From a bacterium (GTDB lineage Bacteria; Patescibacteriota; Minisyncoccia; Phycocordibacterales; UBA9973), in contig JBAWZD010000002.1 of NCBI GenBank assembly GCA_037143195.1, positions 140,620-204,619 of the forward strand: a stretch of DNA of 64,000 nucleotides. The letters run 5' to 3'. Shown here piece by piece: positions 16,943 to 26,737 of this stretch. Every line of letters begins with the position of its first letter. Position 1 is the first letter of the stretch. Position numbers and translations under genes: made by a program. The notes beneath the pieces were generated by a model. That model was not told where the DNA came from. It saw nothing but the letters and a program-made list of their open reading frames with translations, and did not search any database.

Positions 16943-19900
16943 TTAGAGTGTTTCCATCTCCTGTGCGATTGTGAGATGAAGGGTTTGCGCAAGATATCCC
17001 TGTCGACTTTCGACGGGGATATTTTTTGCTATGGTGTGATAGCCTTCATTCGGAAGTTTGCGATCAACTTTGAGAAGATAGGAGCCGTCGGGGAGAGGGT
17101 AGGAGTATTTTCCTGTTGCATCAAGGACGCAGTCAACGATGTCTTGTCCTGTTGCACGTGAAGATATTCGAATGACTCCGAATGAAATCGGAACACCTGT
17201 TTTTGCATCAAAGATATAGCCAAACGGAATCGCATCAAGCGACTTTCTGCGTACCGAGTAGAGACAGAGTGCGAAGAGTACCAAGCTCGCTGTCGCAGGT
17301 CCAAACGAAAGCATGAAGAGTGCAACTGCTCCGATTGAACCGAGGGTAAATATAAGTGTCGTCACGAGGGGAATCACGCGGTCTGAAACTGAATAGAGCT
17401 TGAGACTAGTACTTTGTGTCGAGAGGAATTGTGCGAGATCAAAATTCTCAGGATCGAGTGGGATATTTACTCGAGGAATTTCACCCCTTTGCGTGATGGT
17501 GATTGTCTCGCCACGATTGATGTGACGATATACCTCATCGTGATCTTGATGTATTGCATGTTTGGAAGGGAACGCGTAGTGCGCCTTTGTCGCGACGAGT
17601 GTGTAAGTACCTGGTTGTACGTTGCTGAAGCCGAATGATCCAGACAGGTTCGTCAGTGTTGCTGCGACTTGTTTGCCATCACTCCCGATGAGCGTGATTC
17701 GTACTGGGTCGAGCGGTTCTTTTGTAATACTATTGTACGCCTTGCCCCACGCTGGTGTATTTTTCTTGAATCCAAGTCCGGCTACAAAAAGAGAAATGAG
17801 GCGAGCGGGAATGAACACAAATTCAAGTCCTGAAAGTGAAGTGAGGAACAATCCAGAAATCGAAGTAAATATGAGCACTAAGAGCAAGAGTGTAAGTACA
17901 AGCAAAGCGAAGAATGTGTTCAGGTGGAGTGCCTCATAGGAAGTTTCAATCTTTGTGAATCGACTCGTGATTGGTGGCAAATTGAGACACACAACAGTTT
18001 CAATTTGGTCTCGAATCATTGCGAGTGGTGTCGACGAAGGGCCGAACGTGCAAGGTGCAACGACGACTGGCTGAGGTTGTGTGATTGGTGTCTCAATTAC
18101 TGTCGGAACTGGGGTGGGGACCTGCTCTGTTTGTACTGGCACACTTGGGACTTCTGGTGGGGGAAGAGGTATTTCCGTTTGTACTGGAATAGAAGGAATC
18201 GTCGGGCTAACCGGAGTAACTTTTTTGGCTATTTTTTTGGTCGTCGTGGACGTCGTCGTCTTTGTTTGAGTGTTCTGTGTGTTTTGGTTTGTTTGGGTTT
18301 CTGTCGTCTGCGTAATAACTGGAGTTGTGACCGTAAATCCTGTTACCGAAAGTATATTACTTTGCTGGGCTGACCCATCAGTGAGACGGATTGTACAACC
18401 GTTGTACGTGCCATCGGGAAGAGAGTTGAAGGTGATTGTGTTTGAACCGTTGATAGCACTTGTTGTTGAGCTACTACATCCACCGCTATACGTGATCGTT
18501 CCTGTTGTATTTGAACCGAAAGTATATTTTGGAGTGTGGTTTATCGTTGGTGTTGCAACGGGAACGAGTTCCGAAATCGTTGGTGGTGGTGGAATACCTC
18601 CGCTACGACCACCACCGCCACGAAGACTTGTGCCTGTATCAAATGTGATTGTCGCTGGATTTCCTGCGACGTCCGTTGCTTCGATTGTACACAACCCAGT
18701 GATTGAGCTGAGAATAACAGTGAAATCGCCTTGAGGTGTTGTTGTGAGATTGCCAGTGCAACCACTAGGATAGGTGAGTGTTGCATCACCTGCGATATTG
18801 TCTGCATAGTGAAAAGTAAAATTTGTTGTTGGTGTGGTAACAGGAAGTGGAGTAACGGTTGTAAGTGTCGGTGCTATACCGTCAATGACAAGTGTCTTGT
18901 TCGATCCGAGCGAGCCAGTCGTCCCTGGTGTCGGAAGTGTGAGGTTGGCATCGGTGAGCCCCGTCGCATTGTCTGTGATCGTTCCGCCATTGATACCGAG
19001 CGATGTTGTCGAGGCATAATCGAGGTCACTTGAGGTATCACCACTTGCAACAGTGTAGCCAAAAGTGAGCGTATCTGTACCTGTTCCAGAAATGTAGTCA
19101 ACCGGTGTTGTGGCCGTTGTGCCTGTTTTTAGAATGAGTTGCGGGGTTCCAGTTACTTTTACGGGAGCACTAAAAGTAACTTGGATGGGTATTGGATGCG
19201 CTGATCCGTATGTGCCATCTGTCGTTGGAGAGGTGACATTGGTAACTGTTGGCGCTGCTGAGGGTGGAACGGTGAGTATGACGTACGCGTTTCCCGTTGT
19301 CTTGTCTACGATGGCAATATCATCCCAACCATCTCCGTTGAAGTCACCGGAGGTTATTCCAAGAGGCACAACACCGGCTGGTAATGGGGCGAGAGAATAG
19401 GGAGTAAAATTACCTGACCCGTCGTTTTGTGTTATGAAAATCTGTTGACCATTTACCTGATCATATGAGGCTGCGTCCACATGTCCATCGTGATTGAAAT
19501 CACCGGTTGTTGTTCTGTCACTGCCATTACCAGACCCGCTTCCAGTAGGGACAATCATGTGTGGCGTTGGGTCAAATGCGGCATGAGTCGTATTGAGGAA
19601 GTATGAGTTTGATCCACTGGTAAAATCTTCAGCGACAATATCTCCGTATCCGTCGCTGTTAATATCTTTGGTAACATTTCCAACATAACCTGCGGGAAAC
19701 CCTCCAAAAGGTAAGTATGTAAATCCGCCGCTCCCATTTCCGGCGAGGACGGGTGTGTATCCACTCGCGTAACTTGCTTCAATTAAGTCGGGAAAACCGT
19801 CACCGTTCATGTCGCTTGTTGAAAGTCTAACGATAGTTCCATCTTGCGAAAGTATGTCGGACAAAGTTTCTGGTATTTTGTTGAAAGCGACGGTCTCAGA

Positions 19901-20977
19901 TGGATTGAGAGTGAAATGCCCAGTGCCGTCTCCGTCGAGAATAAGTGCGTTGTTGCCTTTGTTGGTGATTTGAATCGTACAGTCTGAATATATCCCCGGA
20001 CTCATTGAGTTGAAGGTGATTGTGTTGTCGCCTTGGAGAGCTGTTGTTGTCGAACTACTGCAACTACCACCGTAGACAATGGTGCCATCCTTGTCCGAAT
20101 GGAACGTATATCGCGGCGTTTGGTCTGTTGTTGGGTCGGGAATAGGAAGTACTTGAGTGATAGTTGGCGCCGTGATTGGGTCTGTTGATGTACTCACTGG
20201 AGTACGGTTGATAGTAAAGCGGGGAACAACGAGCAGGTTACTCGTGTTGCTTGCCGCATCCGCTGCACTTATCGTGCAGTCGTTGTATGTCCCGTCTGCA
20301 AGTGTATTGAAAGTAATCGTGTTTGTTCCTGTTGTCGCGGTTGTCGTACTACTCGAGCAACTTCCTCCGTAAGTGAGTGTTATTGGGTCCGTCGTCGGTC
20401 CGGTCGCCGAAAGATTGAATGAGAATGATGGCGTGCTCGTTGTCTGCATCGAAGCAAGTGTTCCATTTTCAACAAGGTGGATATATCCAGTCGGTGGTAC
20501 GCTTGGGAGAATAGAAAAACTCGGAACCGAAATCGTGTTACTCCTATTGTCCTCGTAGTCTACGACGGCAAGATCAAGATGATTATTGCTTGCGCTATGA
20601 AATTTTCCTGACGTGATCGAAACGGGAAGAGCCGTTGCTGGGAGAGGGATTGAGACTGGTGCTTGAAATGTACCATCGCCGTTTCCTTTGAGAAAAACGA
20701 TTGAGGGATTCTGTGGGTCAACCGTCGCAAGATCGAGTTTGCCATCCTGGTCGAAGTCTCCCGCGGTGACAGATCGTGGGTGGGTGAGGCCCGTTGGCGA
20801 GCCGGCACTTGATTCAAAAACGACACCTTTGTTGCCAAATGGGTTATGGTGTGAAAATCGAAAGACGAAAAAACCAAACAAAATTACAATGCCAAGAATG
20901 ATGATTGTACGGATAGCACTAATCTCTGGATTTTGCCAGAAATCAAGCATGGTCCGGAGCTGTGTTTTTAATTTCAT
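16943..20977 (-). CDS. giant surface protein (1344 aa): N-terminal DFWQNPE motif + TM, FG-GAP/VCBS-like repeats, three Cys-containing Thr-rich repeats, TQTNQNTQ low-complexity linker, C-terminal TM segments flanked by CarboxypepD_reg-like domains
   Basis: DGKLDLATVD, DMNGDGFPDLI, GDFNGDGWDDIAIVD (FG-GAP); repeats GGSCSSSTTTA..GDNTITFN..DGTY.DCTI x3; LTNLSGSFGFSNVQPGTYTLVATKAHY. Confidence 0.7.
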   Translation of the reverse strand: MKLKTQLRTMLDFWQNPEISAIRTIIILGIVILFGFFVFRFSHHNPFGNKGVVFESSAGSPTGLTHPRSVTAGDFDQDGKLDLATVDPQNPSIVFLKGNGDGTFQAPVSIPLPATALPVSITSGKFHSASNNHLDLAVVDYEDNRSNTISVPSFSILPSVPPTGYIHLVENGTLASMQTTSTPSFSFNLSATGPTTDPITLTYGGSCSSSTTTATTGTNTITFNTLADGTYNDCTISAADAASNTSNLLVVPRFTINRTPVSTSTDPITAPTITQVLPIPDPTTDQTPRYTFHSDKDGTIVYGGSCSSSTTTALQGDNTITFNSMSPGIYSDCTIQITNKGNNALILDGDGTGHFTLNPSETVAFNKIPETLSDILSQDGTIVRLSTSDMNGDGFPDLIEASYASGYTPVLAGNGSGGFTYLPFGGFPAGYVGNVTKDINSDGYGDIVAEDFTSGSNSYFLNTTHAAFDPTPHMIVPTGSGSGNGSDRTTTGDFNHDGHVDAASYDQVNGQQIFITQNDGSGNFTPYSLAPLPAGVVPLGITSGDFNGDGWDDIAIVDKTTGNAYVILTVPPSAAPTVTNVTSPTTDGTYGSAHPIPIQVTFSAPVKVTGTPQLILKTGTTATTPVDYISGTGTDTLTFGYTVASGDTSSDLDYASTTSLGINGGTITDNATGLTDANLTLPTPGTTGSLGSNKTLVIDGIAPTLTTVTPLPVTTPTTNFTFHYADNIAGDATLTYPSGCTGNLTTTPQGDFTVILSSITGLCTIEATDVAGNPATITFDTGTSLRGGGGRSGGIPPPPTISELVPVATPTINHTPKYTFGSNTTGTITYSGGCSSSTTSAINGSNTITFNSLPDGTYNGCTIRLTDGSAQQSNILSVTGFTVTTPVITQTTETQTNQNTQNTQTKTTTSTTTKKIAKKVTPVSPTIPSIPVQTEIPLPPPEVPSVPVQTEQVPTPVPTVIETPITQPQPVVVAPCTFGPSSTPLAMIRDQIETVVCLNLPPITSRFTKIETSYEALHLNTFFALLVLTLLLLVLIFTSISGLFLTSLSGLEFVFIPARLISLFVAGLGFKKNTPAWGKAYNSITKEPLDPVRITLIGSDGKQVAATLTNLSGSFGFSNVQPGTYTLVATKAHYAFPSKHAIHQDHDEVYRHINRGETITITQRGEIPRVNIPLDPENFDLAQFLSTQSTSLKLYSVSDRVIPLVTTLIFTLGSIGAVALFMLSFGPATASLVLFALCLYSVRRKSLDAIPFGYIFDAKTGVPISFGVIRISSRATGQDIVDCVLDATGKYSYPLPDGSYLLKVDRKLPNEGYHTIAKNIPVESRQGYLAQTLHLTIAQEMETL

Positions 20978-21189
20978 GTCACTTCATTATACAGGAAGCA
21001 CACATGAAACATCACGCAAACCTGTTTATTCGTTTGCGTCAGGATACGTCTGAGCAATTGAAACAGCAAGGGCGCTTGCGCTCACGTGAGCTGTCGTCGG
21101 CTGATTGACGACTTGACCTCGGCCATCCAATCCGTTTGTGTGCTGGAGGAGAGAGTGAAATAGCCACACATGACAACACCAAAACGAGA

Positions 21190-22035
21190 TTATTGGGTAA
21201 CAGATCCAACTTCAGCACTTGGCGTTGCGCCACTTGTCATTTCGATGCGTTTTTGGTCGGGAGCTGGTTCAATCATTTTTTGTTCCGGTGCCTCAGGGAG
21301 TTTCTTTTGATTGTCATCATGTTTTTCCTCAGTGTGTTTCTCTACCGCTTCAAAAAGTTCTGGCTCTTTTTCCTTAAGAGTTGTGATCATTTCTCGACTG
21401 ATTTCAGTCGTAGACTCTTGTGCGAGAAGAACGAGTTTTTGCATGGTGCGAGGTTCAATCAAGCCCAAAATTTTGCTATTGAACAATGCTCCGTTTCTAT
21501 ACGTACCCGTTGTCACGAAGCTCTCGAGTTCTTCCTTTGGGAGTACTTTGATTTCATTAAAAAGCTCCTCCATTGTTTTTGTAATTTTTTCAGACTGCCC
21601 CTTTTTTTGCATTTCAGGATCAGGGATTTCTTTGGCCTCTTCTATTTTGTCGTGGTCGGTTTTTTCGTTTTTGGTTTCTTCGAATGGAATATATTCACCA
21701 ACTTTTTCGTTTGATTTTCCTGAGGCAGTATTTGATTCAGGCATTGTCCACTGGTTTTGTGCTTGAAGGAGCTTTGCTTGTTTCTTTGCGAGTGCAGGTG
21801 GCAGTTCGTTTGACTCGGGGAGTCCGAGTTCTGCGCGGATTGAGTTTATTTTTGTGAGTGCAGTAGAGACTTCAGCGTCGAGATTTTTCAATTGAAATTG
21901 AATTGACTCGAGGTTAGGTTTTTCGGGTTCTTTAAATTCGCGCACCATTTTCTCGGGAGCGTTCGGTGTTAATTGACCAACGGCTTCCATCTTGGGTGCG
22001 GTTGGGGCGGGGGCGGTTGTTTCCATGGCCATATG
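21190..22035 (-). CDS. hypothetical charged coiled-coil-rich protein
   Basis: ORF; start set at MAMETTAP because the longer ORF extension overlaps the tRNA at 22104. Confidence 0.5.
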   Translation of the reverse strand, partial: HMAMETTAPAPTAPKMEAVGQLTPNAPEKMVREFKEPEKPNLESIQFQLKNLDAEVSTALTKINSIRAELGLPESNELPPALAKKQAKLLQAQNQWTMPESNTASGKSNEKVGEYIPFEETKNEKTDHDKIEEAKEIPDPEMQKKGQSEKITKTMEELFNEIKVLPKEELESFVTTGTYRNGALFNSKILGLIEPRTMQKLVLLAQESTTEISREMITTLKEKEPELFEAVEKHTEEKHDDNQKKLPEAPEQKMIEPAPDQKRIEMTSGATPSAEVGSVTQ

Positions 22036-22103
22036 CTTAGTATAGGAATTATATAAGTGCTTGATTACAAAATAGTTTTTATAAAGTACGGCTTCACTAT
22101 CTG

Positions 22104-22189
22104 CGGAGGCGGTGAGATTCGAACTCACGGAACCAATTAAGGTTCGACGGTTTAGTAAACCGTTGATTTAAACCACTCATCCACGCCTC
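22104..22189 (-). tRNA. type II tRNA (Ser-like: long variable arm, discriminator G) with unusual anticodon loop uuACUaa
   Basis: RC reads GGAGGCG-tg-GAT..ATC-a-ACGGT-ttactaa-ACCGT-c-GAACC-ttaatt-GGTTC-c-GTGAG-ttcgaat-CTCAC-CGCCTCC-g. Confidence 0.6.
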
Positions 22190-22264
22190 CTGTTTCGCAC
22201 TGATGCAGTATAGCTTTTATCGTGAAATAGGCAAGGCGAATTGTTTTTGTATATAATAGTACAC

Positions 22265-23839
22265 ATGCGTATACATAAAATAGTTTATGTCTTGATGATC
22301 GTGGCAGTTGTATCTCAAGCGGGTGCTCGGTTTGCACAGGCATCGGGTACAGCACCCACTGTTTCAATAACCATGAGTGATACCAATCTTACTGTTGGCG
22401 AAACAGCGACAGTTGATTTTCTTTTTACAGAAGCACCAGTCAATTTTACTTTGAGCGATGTGATGGCGACAGGAGGGACACTTTCAAATCTCACGACGGT
22501 GAGTGCTTTTGAATACCAAGCAGTGTTCACTCCGACGAGCAATTTCGTCCAGAGCGCAAACAGCATTACCGTTGCTCCCGAGGTCACCATGAGAAACTAT
22601 GTTCGACCAAGCGATTATCCCGACTCTGTTGCATATGATGGCACGAATATTTGGGCCGCCAACTATATGCCTGATGGCAGTATTTTTAAACTCGCTCCAG
22701 ATGGCACTGTCACCGAGTACAGTGGTGACGGCAATTACCACGAAGCGATTGCATTTGATGGTACCAACATGTGGACTGCAAATATTTTTGACAACAGTGT
22801 CACCAAATTTAGTCCGTCTGGTGTGCCGACGACGTATTCGAATACAGGGGCAAGTCCACACGCGCTTGCGTTTGATGGTACCAACATGTGGGTAGCCAAT
22901 ACGAATGATGATAGCGTGGCAAAGATTGGACCGACAGGAACGGTGACGACATATACGAGTGTTGGGGGTGGGCCGAGAGGCATCGCTTTTGACGGTACCA
23001 ATATGTGGACGGCGAACTCACAGGATAATAGTGTTACGAAAATCACGCTCACAGGAACTAAGACTACATATACGGGAACAGGGTCGGCTCCAGTTGGAAT
23101 CACGTTTGATGGGACCAACATGTGGACGGTCAACGGAGGAGATCGCAGTGTAACCAAAATTACACCATCGGGCTCGATGACGACATATACAGGCACGGAT
23201 ATTCAGCCAATATCAATCACGTTCGATGGCACAAATATTTGGACTGGAAATTACAACAATCACACACTCACCAAAGTCACCCTAGCAGGAGTCATGACTA
23301 CATATGCTGGATTGTCTGGAAGTCCATACTCGCTCCTCTTTGACGGCGCAAACATTTGGTCGGCAAACTTAGGTTCCAACCCTGGTCTTACCAAGATTGG
23401 AACTACTTCGACCACTATGTCATCGTCGTACTCGATTGATACGAGGCGCCACACGAGTAGACCAGCTCCGATAGTGGCACCGACGGCAACTAAAACTGCG
23501 AATGGGGGAGACGGAGTCCTTGATTTCGTCCTCAACGACGGTGCGAAAAAAACGAATTCTCCAATCGTGACAGTGCACCTGAATGGAGATCCGAGTTCTG
23601 TTCGAGGCTATGCAGTTTCGCTTGATCCGAATTTCACTACCGGAGGAATTCGTGCGTATACGAATGTAAACCAGACTGATACATTTACACTCCCTGATAC
23701 AGAGGGGACATACACTGTGTATCTTGAGTATTTTTCAACGACAGGTATGAAATCTTCGGTGATACAAAAAGACATTACCTACACGAAAAAGGTTGTAACA
23801 AAATCTTCTGTAAAACGAAAACGAGTTTTGAAGAAATAA
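22265..23839 (+). CDS. secreted beta-propeller-like repeat protein (8 tandem ~40-aa repeats AFDGTNMW(T/V)AN..D.SV.KI.P.G..TTYT)
   Basis: signal peptide MRIHKIVYVLMIVAVVSQAGARFAQA; repeats visible in translation. Confidence 0.65.
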   Translation: MRIHKIVYVLMIVAVVSQAGARFAQASGTAPTVSITMSDTNLTVGETATVDFLFTEAPVNFTLSDVMATGGTLSNLTTVSAFEYQAVFTPTSNFVQSANSITVAPEVTMRNYVRPSDYPDSVAYDGTNIWAANYMPDGSIFKLAPDGTVTEYSGDGNYHEAIAFDGTNMWTANIFDNSVTKFSPSGVPTTYSNTGASPHALAFDGTNMWVANTNDDSVAKIGPTGTVTTYTSVGGGPRGIAFDGTNMWTANSQDNSVTKITLTGTKTTYTGTGSAPVGITFDGTNMWTVNGGDRSVTKITPSGSMTTYTGTDIQPISITFDGTNIWTGNYNNHTLTKVTLAGVMTTYAGLSGSPYSLLFDGANIWSANLGSNPGLTKIGTTSTTMSSSYSIDTRRHTSRPAPIVAPTATKTANGGDGVLDFVLNDGAKKTNSPIVTVHLNGDPSSVRGYAVSLDPNFTTGGIRAYTNVNQTDTFTLPDTEGTYTVYLEYFSTTGMKSSVIQKDITYTKKVVTKSSVKRKRVLKK

Positions 23840-23903
23840 AAGGGGGACGATGCGCACAAAAAATCGCCACACTCGTGTGGCGATTTTTTGTGCGCACCGT
23901 CTA

Positions 23904-24146
23904 TTATCTCCGAATGATTCCAACGATAGCAATCAGGATACATGCTCCGAGGAGCGCGACAATGAATGTGTAGAGATTGAAGCCAGTTCCGCTTCCATAT
24001 CCCAACATATTCATAACGAACTTACCGAGCACTGAACCCAAGATACCCACTGCGATATCAATAGTCAGTCCTTCTGGCGAGCCCATTATCATCGACGCAA
24101 CCCATCCGACTAATGCACCAAATATCACTAATACGAGAATACTCAT
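23904..24146 (-). CDS. GlsB/YeaQ/YmgE-family small membrane protein
   Basis: 80 aa, two TM, Gly-zipper GALVGWVASMIMG...GILGSVLGKF typical of family. Confidence 0.7.
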   Translation of the reverse strand: MSILVLVIFGALVGWVASMIMGSPEGLTIDIAVGILGSVLGKFVMNMLGYGSGTGFNLYTFIVALLGACILIAIVGIIRR

Positions 24147-24150
24147 TCAG

Positions 24151-24804
24151 TTAGTTTGTTGTCTGGAACGTTGCAGGCCATGTGATACTTACATTTCCTG
24201 AAGCATCAACAGACTTGAGTGAGTAGTAGTACGTCGTGTTTGTTGCGAGTCCAGTGAGAGCAATTGACTGAGTTCCGTGAAGATCTGCGTCTGACATTGC
24301 TGTTGTTCCACTAACGTCTACTGTGTAAGCGTGCTCACCAAGAGTGAGAGGGCTTGTACTGTAGAAAACTATTCCGCGAGTAGGCTCATTGTTTGTCCAA
24401 CTCATGATCGCACTATTTTTACTCAAGTTTGCATTGATAGCGAGGAATGTTGGAGCATCGATATCGGTTCCTGTACTTACGCCACCTGCCATCTGGGCAT
24501 TGATGACGACGAGTGTTGCTGGTCCAACGCGACCAACACCTGGAAGATTGTTGCGAACCTGAAAGTTTGAAACTGCTGATGTCGTCAATGTTCCAAAGTA
24601 TCCAGTGACGAGTCCTTGTGGATAGATTGTAGGATCAACGGCGAGGAAAGTCTGAAGCGATGAGACATCACTTCCTGACATGCCTTGTTGGAGCTGACGA
24701 GTAAGTGTTGCAGCACTCGCGAGGAGCGGGGAACATGTTGCAACGATAACAGTTGCTGCAATCATGCCACCGAAAACCTTCGAAAAACGTATTGAATTTG
24801 TCAT
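24151..24804 (-). CDS. secreted protein with peptidoglycan-binding (PG_binding_1-like) domain and Ig/Fn3-like domain
   Basis: signal peptide; LQQGMSGSDVSSLQTFLAVDPTIYPQGLVTGYFGTLTTSAVSNFQ. Confidence 0.6.
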   Translation of the reverse strand: MTNSIRFSKVFGGMIAATVIVATCSPLLASAATLTRQLQQGMSGSDVSSLQTFLAVDPTIYPQGLVTGYFGTLTTSAVSNFQVRNNLPGVGRVGPATLVVINAQMAGGVSTGTDIDAPTFLAINANLSKNSAIMSWTNNEPTRGIVFYSTSPLTLGEHAYTVDVSGTTAMSDADLHGTQSIALTGLATNTTYYYSLKSVDASGNVSITWPATFQTTN

Positions 24805-25096
24805 AGAATGTGTGGGAGCGAACTCCGTAATGTATAAGCTTCTTGAAAATCGCAGAGTCGAGTGACTCGCGAAACAAAGTGATGTCTAAAAGTGCACATT
24901 TAAAAGATACGTTCCCTTATCAATTTTTGGAGTATTGATAATCAACCAGAGAATATGACTTCGATGAGCGTCGTCAGTTAGATAAATCCTTGACCTCTTA
25001 AGTCTATACCTCTATTTGACAAATAGATAGAACAATTGTTTTATGACACAGTAATCGGTTTACACCTAATAAAAAATAAACGAGCAAAACGTGCGC

Positions 25097-25666
25097 TCAT
25101 TTTTGTAATTCCTCGTTAAAAGTTTCGACAAACCATCGCTTTATATTGTCTATCGTGTCTGGGATTTTTTTACTGTCTTTTGTAGATAAAAGAATTACTG
25201 GCGCTTTCATGCTTTGAAAATCTTTTACCCCAAGTATCAATCTCCCGTCGGGGAGTGCGGTACTCTCATAGTTATCCTTTTTGAAACCAGCTAATGCCTC
25301 TTGAACCGATTGTATAAGTACAACTGGGTTTGGTATGTACTTCTCAAAATAGAGGCTGATTCCAGCGCAACCTCCTTTTCTGAGAGAATCCTTTGCTGAA
25401 GTTAAAAATCGAAAAGTAAATCGGTAACCCGTATCATACTTAGTTATATCTAAATAATTTCCACTACCTAAATCAATCTGTGATTTTATTTTTTCGTCGA
25501 CACTGTCTATGTCGGACGTGGGCAAATTTTTACTACTCTCTTGGAACCCTCCTCCACTAAAATTTGAGGCAAAATAAGACAACTGTTTTGGGTTCGCCTC
25601 GTTGTTCTCAATTTGGCGTACCGGTATTTGAAAATGCTGGTTTTCTTGAGATTCTTTCATATTCAA
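25097..25666 (-). CDS. hypothetical protein (189 aa), AT-rich island
   Basis: ORF in low-GC segment. Confidence 0.45.
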   Translation of the reverse strand: MNMKESQENQHFQIPVRQIENNEANPKQLSYFASNFSGGGFQESSKNLPTSDIDSVDEKIKSQIDLGSGNYLDITKYDTGYRFTFRFLTSAKDSLRKGGCAGISLYFEKYIPNPVVLIQSVQEALAGFKKDNYESTALPDGRLILGVKDFQSMKAPVILLSTKDSKKIPDTIDNIKRWFVETFNEELQK

Positions 25667-25835
25667 TATCTTACCTTAAAAAGACCGCGCTTAGCTACTC
25701 AGGCTTGCCAATAAAAAATATTTACAGCGGGGAAGATTATGTGTTTCTCGAACTTATTAAAATCTACCATAGCGTTAAACTGGTAAAGCCAATACTTGAA
25801 TCAGCATTAAACAGGTTAATAATAACACGCACTGC

Positions 25836-26360
25836 CTAATTCAGCTTTCCAACTATTAAATTATAAAGCGCAATAAATTCATCGTCTGCACCATCAAACC
25901 ATGTCATTCGCAAATCAGCATAAGTAAGGCTTGGATAGTGCTTTTCAGCTACTCCCTTGCCCCCTAAATGCCCTCGGATTACAGGGTCGGCATAATCCTT
26001 GCAAAGATTTTTTGCGTGGTCAAAATCGCCATAGGCAAGTACTGCCCCAGGTACTAGTCTTATTAATGCTGTTGGGTGGATGTAATTTTCAAGCAGCCTT
26101 TTCTTTGATATTAAAAAATCTGTGCCGGCAATTAATCCGTAATTCGTTAGGTTCGTAAGGTTATCTGAAACTGATCCTGCGTTTGGCTTATCGCTATCAA
26201 GAAATATAAGGTATGGTTTTGCAAGCTTGGTAAACAAATCAAGGTTTACCCAGTGTTTTACGCCACCACAACCACCAATCGGTATGATGTTAATATTTAG
26301 TTCCTCAAAAGTATGTGGAATATCGCCATTGGCTTTATAAATGGCTGCATTGTGGTGCAT
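25836..26360 (-). CDS. hypothetical protein; weak resemblance to Toprim/DUF4276 (RloB/OLD-type) nuclease domain
   Basis: NIIPIGGCGGVKHW and IFLDSDKPNAG (DxD-like) motifs; assignment from memory only. Confidence 0.35.
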   Translation of the reverse strand: MHHNAAIYKANGDIPHTFEELNINIIPIGGCGGVKHWVNLDLFTKLAKPYLIFLDSDKPNAGSVSDNLTNLTNYGLIAGTDFLISKKRLLENYIHPTALIRLVPGAVLAYGDFDHAKNLCKDYADPVIRGHLGGKGVAEKHYPSLTYADLRMTWFDGADDEFIALYNLIVGKLN

Positions 26361-26464
26361 AGCTGTTGCATCGTCGCGCAGTGCATACGAAGCGCAGACC
26401 TTGCTGGCGTTCCCGTGAGTTAGTACCTTCGCTGTGGCAAGTCCAAACTAAGCTATTCAAACTA

Positions 26465-26644
26465 ATGACTGAAAAGGAAATAATACAAATAGAGAATGAG
26501 ATTTTTACAAAACTGGTTATTGATACATTGAAACAGCAACGCACTGATGGCGTTGCAATAAAAGATTACTTACTTGATAGGTATGAGATAGATCGGCTTA
26601 CAAAAGAAAAACTCAAACAAATATTGAGTGAACAAAGAAAATGA
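26465..26644 (+). CDS. hypothetical small protein (59 aa)
   Basis: MTEKEIIQIENEIF...; only plus-strand ORF in island. Confidence 0.3.
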   Translation: MTEKEIIQIENEIFTKLVIDTLKQQRTDGVAIKDYLLDRYEIDRLTKEKLKQILSEQRK

Positions 26645-26737
26645 TTTTGGTTTTTTTCTTAAAAAGAAAAGGAACAGACGGGTATGCTCCTTTTCTGTTC
26701 CTTAATATGAATTATAGCTTCACTACTGCATCAGGGG

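Noticed and set aside
18140-18300. TQTNQNTQ/threonine-rich nucleotide periodicity suggestive of a tandem repeat or CRISPR-like array
   Set aside because: It is coding low-complexity linker within the giant protein, with no repeat-spacer architecture. No CRISPR array was detected in the window.
17924-19400. Plus-strand ORFs (Cys/Trp/Arg-rich or Val/Gly-rich) inside the 16943..20977 gene
   Set aside because: Opposite strand of a continuous 1344-aa frame with recognisable FG-GAP and repeat domains. The repeats on the coding strand create long antisense ORFs.
21190-22128. Full-length 312-aa version of the 21190 ORF
   Set aside because: The N-terminal 31 codons overlap the Ser-like tRNA at 22104-22189, so the gene is called from the internal Met (22035).
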